Source: an uncultured Planctomycetota bacterium
GTDB taxonomy: Bacteria > Planctomycetota > Planctomycetia > Gemmatales > Gemmataceae
Reading direction: 5' to 3'
Length of the DNA: 64,000 bases
Assembly: GCA_963849325.1 (NCBI GenBank)
Contig: CAWKHF010000006.1
Location: 640,001 to 704,000 of the forward strand
Shown here: positions 57,497-64,000 of the stretch, in pieces
How positions within the stretch are numbered: the stretch's first letter is position 1
Layout of the letters: each line of letters begins with the position of its first letter
Made by a program: the position numbers and the translations under genes
The notes under the pieces: model-generated
Told to the model about the DNA's origin: nothing
Database searches by the model: none
The model's input: only the letters and a program-made list of their open reading frames with translations

Positions 57497-58964
57497 TCAT
57501 TCGAGGCCGTGGAGCAAGTCGTTCAGATCCTGCGGTAGTACATCGTGACGGCGGAGGACTTCGCGCCTCGTCTCTCCCAACCGGGGAGCTATGCCGACAC
57601 ATTCGATCCTCCAAGAGGTAAATTTCTCGAACGTGTCCAAGAACCGCTGAACGTGCCCTTTGAAATTATTGACGTCCGAGAGCAAGGGACCGGGAGACCG
57701 TTTGCAAGAGCCGAACCGGATCACGCGATCTTTCGTGTTGACGGCCACCAGGTCAATCTCCGTGTCCTTGCGGTCCCAGTATCCGGTGATGCGTGCGGTC
57801 AGAGGAAAATCGCCCAGGCTTTTGCGGCTCCGCTCCTCGTACAATTCCCCAACCAGTTTCTCCAAGGCATGTCCCTCGATCTCCGCCAACCGGCTGTCGG
57901 CCTCGGCGACCAGTTGCTCAAGCGGGCGAAATTCCCGAGCGGCTACCGGGTTGGCGAGCGCCGCCAGCCAGGCTTGCAAAAAGTTGTCGGTCAGATAGTA
58001 ACGGCCACGCCGTTCCTTCTCCTTGGCGAACACGGGTAGCTTTCGCTCGATCAAGCGATAGCGTTCGGTCAACGTCTTGAGATAGCCGCCGACTTGATCG
58101 GTATTATCGCCGCTTGCCTCGCGGATGGCGTTCACCAGTGCCTTGTGCGTCTTGCCCGGATGGCGGGCCACGAACTTGAGGACGACATCGTATCGGCCGC
58201 GCAGTTCCCGAAGGAACCAGTTCTCGGCCTCGGTGCGGAGGGGGGAAGAGCTTTCAAAGAAGATACGGCGGAGCAACGTCGGACGATCCGGCGCCGAGTA
58301 CCTGTTGCTCATAGCAATCGCGGTAGAACTTTGGCACCCCTTCAAACAGGGTCCAAAGGAACAGCAACCTCTCTGGGGAAGGCTCCGCGTGCTCGCCGAG
58401 GATCGCCCGCACCGAGCCGATGTCCAGGTGCGTCAGTTCCAGGGCGTCCGTAACGCGGTTGTACAGGGGAGCCGAGCGATCCTCCAACAGCGCGGCCATC
58501 TCCGTATGGATCGATCCCAGGACGATTAAACCGCCCTTCATGCGCTTGGCGTCGGCCGCCAGCCGATCTACCGCCGCTTGAAGCAAGGAGCAAAATTCGG
58601 TGAAGGTCTTTCGATTGAAATACTGGAATTCGTCGAGGATCACGACATAACCCGCTCGTGCCATCGCCTCGATCAGTTTGGCAAGGTCGGCCAGCGTGCG
58701 CGGGCGCGGAAACCGCTCCGCAGGCACCTGGAACGTGTCCAGCGCATCACAGACCGCGGACAGAACGCCGGCATCTCCGGAATCGGGAACCTGGACGTAA
58801 TAGACGGGATGAGGTTGCGAGAGAGGGAGGGCATTATTGACCAGTGTCGTCTTACCGATCCGTCGTCGTCCCGTGATCTTGACAAAAAACCAACGCTTGC
58901 GCTCCAGGATGGAACTCAGCTGCCGCAGTTCCCACTGACGTCCGTAGAATCGCCATTCCGTCAT
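57497..58964 (-). CDS. Archaeal-type ATPase (ATPase_2, wHTH, DUF234-like C-terminus); frameshift near 58295
   Basis: FYGRQWEL, GRRRIGKT, ILDEFQ, GVPKFY, DNFLQAW, YWDRKDTEIDLVA. Confidence 0.85.
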
Positions 58965-58997
58965 AGCCACCTGTCTCAAGGACGTGTGCCGCGAAAT

Positions 58998-59044
58998 TAA
59001 GATAATACCGCTTTACCTAATTTAGGTAATGTCGTTTTATCTTA
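58998..59044. promoter_or_regulatory. Symmetric AT-rich operator upstream of the ATPase gene
   Basis: TAAGATAA-N7-TTACCTAA-T-TTAGGTAA-N7-TTATCTTA. Confidence 0.6.
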
Positions 59045-59106
59045 CAAGGGGCTTGCTCGGAAGTCCTTGTATCGAAAGGCAATCAAGGCAGACGAAAAGT
59101 TGAAGC

Positions 59107-60534
<1,428 letters not shown>

Positions 60535-60587
60535 ATGATTCGGTCGGGAGAGAGGGGAGAGGATCATAATACCTTCACAAGAACCTG

Positions 60588-60674
60588 AACCACGGATTAC
60601 ACGGATAACACGGATAAAGAAAGAGAATGATCCGTCTGTCTTCTTTATCCGTGTTATCCGTGTAATCCGTGGTT
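60588..60674. repeat. Palindromic repeat (ACCACGGAT family), copy 3
   Basis: AACCACGGATTACACGGATAACACGGATAAAGAA...TTCTTTATCCGTGTTATCCGTGTAATCCGTGGTT. Confidence 0.9.
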
Positions 60675-60687
60675 GAAATAGGGGACT

Positions 60688-62938
60688 TCATTCCACGTCG
60701 AGGAACTCCGCGGAATTCAGCAACGCATGACAGAAATCCACCACGGCGGCGGCAAACGCCGCGTCGATACCGACGGGGTTTGGCTCCGGCAGGGCGCCGC
60801 GGCCCGGCCCGCCGTCGGACGCGATCAAGTGCGCCTGCCGTCGCAGAAACGTCTCGGCCGACGCCGTCTCGTCCGGCGCCCGGCTCGCGTCCGAAGGTCC
60901 GCAGGTAGGCGGCACGGACCAGCCGGTGAGCGTCCGGACCCTGCGCCGTCAGCAGGTCGCCGCCGAGGTGACGCGCCTGCGCCAGCGTGAACTCGCCGTT
61001 GAGCATGGCCAGCGATTGCGGCGCCGTGATCGTCGTCGCCCGAACCGGACAGCTATTCACGCGGTCGGGCTGGTCGAAGGCGGCGAAGAGCGGATAGGCG
61101 AAGTTGCGCTTGGCCAGCACGTAGATCGAGCGGCGGTTACGGTCCTGCGGTCGTTCGTCCGGGGTCCCAGGCGTAGCCGCTCTCCAGCACGGACGCCGGC
61201 AGCTCCGGGCAGTTGCTCGGCCCGTACATGCGCCGGTTGAGCTGGCCGGACGCTTGCAGCACGGCGTCGCGGATGGACTCCGCATCGCGGCGCTTGACGC
61301 GGGCGTGCCAGAGCAGCTTGTCGTCGGGATCGACCCGGATCGCCGTCCCGACCGTGGGGTTGCGGGCCGGCGACGACGCCTGCCGATACGTGGCCGAGGT
61401 GACGATCAGCCGGTGCAGCGGCTTGAGCCTCCAGCCCTGGCGCACCAGCTCCGTCGCCAGGTAGTCGAGCAGTTCGGGATGCGTCGGCTTCTCGCCCATG
61501 GCGCCGAAGTCGTTGGGCGTGGCCACGATGCCGACGCCGAGGTGATGCTGCCACAGGCGGTTGACGACGACACGGCTGGTCAGCGGATGGTCGGGCCGGC
61601 ACAGCCAGCGGGCCAGGTCCGCGCGGCGGAATAAGGTGTCCGGAACCTTTTTCTCGTCGCAGCACTCCGGGAAGCCTGCCTGCACGCGCTCGCGCGGCTT
61701 CTGGTAGTTGCCGGTCGCCCAGCCGATACGTCGCCGGCGGCTCGCCCTCGAGGTTCATCACACCCATCGCCACCGGCAGCGGGGCCGGCTTGATCGCGTC
61801 CAAGGCGGCGATCTTCTTCTGCAAATCGTCGTAGACGCGCGCTGTTCCTTCGACAACCGGCGGTGCGCTCGGCCCAGCCGGCGATCGACCTGCTTGCCGG
61901 CCAGGACCGCCAACTGACGTTGCAACGGCGTCCGCTTCCGGGCCGGCGTCGTCAGCGCCTGCCGCGTCTCGGCGTCGAAGGTGGCCAGCAGTTCCGCGAA
62001 AATCGCCTGGCGCGGGGCCACGAGCATGACCTCGCACCGATCCCGCAACGGCCGCGTCGCTTCCTCCCACTTCGAGAGCTGTTGTTGATAGCGGGCCCGC
62101 TCCGGCGCCGGCGCCAGCACCAGGTCGTCCCGATGCACCAGCGGCGCGAAGAAGGCTTGGAGACGATAGTAATCGCTCTGCGGAATCGGATCGAACTTGT
62201 GGTCGTGACAGCGGGCGCAACCCATCGTCAGACCGAGGAAGGTGACGCCGAACACGTCGGTGACGTCGTCGAGGATGTCCTGACGGACGGAACGGTAATT
62301 CGAGGCGTTGGTTTCCTCAGGGTGCAGACGATAGAAGCCGGTGGCGATGAGGGCGTCGGGATTGTCCGGCTCCAGCTCGTCGCCGGCGATCTGCTGGCCC
62401 AGGAAGCGATCGTAGGGCAGGTCGTCGTTGCAGACGCGGATGACGTAATCGCGGTAACGGTAGGCTTCCGGCCGCAGCTTATCGAGCTTGAAGCCCTCGG
62501 TTTCGGCATAGCGGACCACGTCGAGCCAGTGCTGCGCCCAACGTTCGCCGAAGTGGGGCGAGCGGAGCAGGCCATCGACCAGCCGCTCGTAGGCGTCGGG
62601 AGAGTCGTCGGCGAGGAAGGCGTTGCGCTCGGCCGGCGTCGGCATCAGGCCGGTCAGGTCGAAGGTGACGCGGCGAAGGAGGGTGAGCTTGTCGGCCGGC
62701 GGATTGGGCCGCAGCCCCGCCTTCTCCAGCCGGGCCAGCACGAAGGTATCGAGAGGGTTTCGCACCCAGCTCTTGAGCCGCACCTCGGGGAGAGAAGTAC
62801 GTTGCGGCGGGTCAAAGGGCCACTCGGGCGCGAGGACTCCTCCACGCCACGGCTGGGCGCGACGAATAGACCCAGGAGCAACAGAGGAATCAGACGACTC
62901 AACCAGCGACGTCGGGGGCGAACCCGGCAGCGGATCAT
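60688..62938 (-). CDS. DUF1549/DUF1553 (PSD1) planctomycete protein; frameshifts
   Basis: [54 protein letters not shown]. Confidence 0.92.
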
Positions 62939-63466
62939 GGACGTAACCTATGTTCATTCAGCGATCCGCGGAGACCGCTGATTCGTCGCTTGCCACCGTT
63001 CGGACGCCTGCGCCCCTGCACACGGCCGACCGGCCAAGCCCGCTCCTCAATGAGGGAAAAACCACAAGGCGGCGACACACCGCAATCCCGGTCTTCTCTG
63101 ACAAGAGGGATCAAGCGCGGCGTGTACGCATAAAGGCGGGAGGCACTCGAGGGCGAAGGAGTCTCGGTCAGGTCAAACAACCTTTCTCCAGTGTATTGTG
63201 TCCGCCGACCGCTTGCAATGGGTTTACGGAAGAGAATGAGCCAGGAACCTTTGTGGGGCGGAGGAACGGGCGCGGATATGCCGGCGACGGGTCGTGTCCT
63301 AGGAATGCGTCGATGGGTTAACTTCCTTCTTGCTTGTCGAGTTGAACCTCAGCAATAGATGAATGAACGGGCAAGCAGACGACCGCAAGCGGAAGCGTCA
63401 CTTTTTCGTCGATCGGCGCGATAGATTATCGATCCTACCTCGTAAGAGAGGATGGAGAACCCGGGA

Positions 63467-64000
63467 ATGCCCGAAGAGCCTGCAACACGGCCGAGCCTGC
63501 TCGTGCGGCTGCGCGATCACCGGGACAACCAGGCCTGGGGCGAATTCGTGGAGTTGTACGCCCCGTTGATCTACACCTACGCCCGCAAGCGCGGCCTACA
63601 GGACGCCGACGCCGCCGACCTGACGCAAAACTGTTTGCGGCAGGTGGCGGCCCACGTCGGACGCCTGGAGTACGACCCGCGGCGCGGCACCTTCCGCGGC
63701 TGGCTGTTCACTATCGTGCGCAACAAGCTGCGGGACTTCCAGCACCGGCCGCATCGGCTGTACCAGGGCAGCGGCGATCCGCACGTGCAACGCCTGCTGG
63801 AACTCCAGCCGGCCAGCGAGCCGGAGGAGAAGGCCCAATGGGAGCGCGAGTATCGCCTCGGCCTCCTGTCCTGGGCGGCGGATCAGGTCCGTCCCCAGGT
63901 TCAGGAAGCAACCTGGCAGGCGTTCTGGCAGACGGCGGTCGAGGGCAAGAGCGGCAAGGAGGTGGCCCAAGCTCTGGGCTTGACCGCCGCCGCCGTCTAC
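63467..64000 (+). CDS. ECF sigma factor, runs off the window (absent from the ORF track)
   Basis: Own translation: MPEEPATRPSLLVRLRD..QAWGEFVELYAPLI..DAADLTQ..YDPRRGTFRGWLFTIVRNK. Confidence 0.92.
   Translation, partial: MPEEPATRPSLLVRLRDHRDNQAWGEFVELYAPLIYTYARKRGLQDADAADLTQNCLRQVAAHVGRLEYDPRRGTFRGWLFTIVRNKLRDFQHRPHRLYQGSGDPHVQRLLELQPASEPEEKAQWEREYRLGLLSWAADQVRPQVQEATWQAFWQTAVEGKSGKEVAQALGLTAAAVY

Overview
GC-rich bacterial chromosomal window, very probably from a planctomycete (Gemmataceae-like), judged from the DUF1501/DUF1549-DUF1553 genes, a WD40 protein, an FlgI-like lipoprotein next to smc, an ECF sigma factor and H4MPT/methanofuran C1 genes. About 20 otherwise intact genes carry single-base frameshifts, which suggests uncorrected long-read indels; these genes are listed as single spans. 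Main points: (1) A fluoride (crcB-type) riboswitch on the minus strand, with a readable terminator/antiterminator platform, sits in front of an alginate-export-family outer-membrane barrel gene that converges on crcB-DUF190, forming a possible two-membrane fluoride locus. (2) A moaD-moeA-moeA / mobA-fwdD-fwdB-fwdA-ftr-fwdC cluster has a B subunit that keeps the [4Fe-4S] and Mo/W-ligating cysteines, and toxin-antitoxin-type cassettes are wedged between its genes. (3) Many families of palindromic repeats occur, several inserted in frame inside proteins (a histidine kinase and SMC). (4) An RND permease has a very long Gly/Ser/Thr/Met insertion. (5) Small accessory islets include a DUF5678-aspartyl protease pair, an internally deleted DAC-domain gene, a convergent type II R-M pair and an ATPase preceded by a symmetric operator. 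No rRNA, tRNA, CRISPR array or transposase was recognised.
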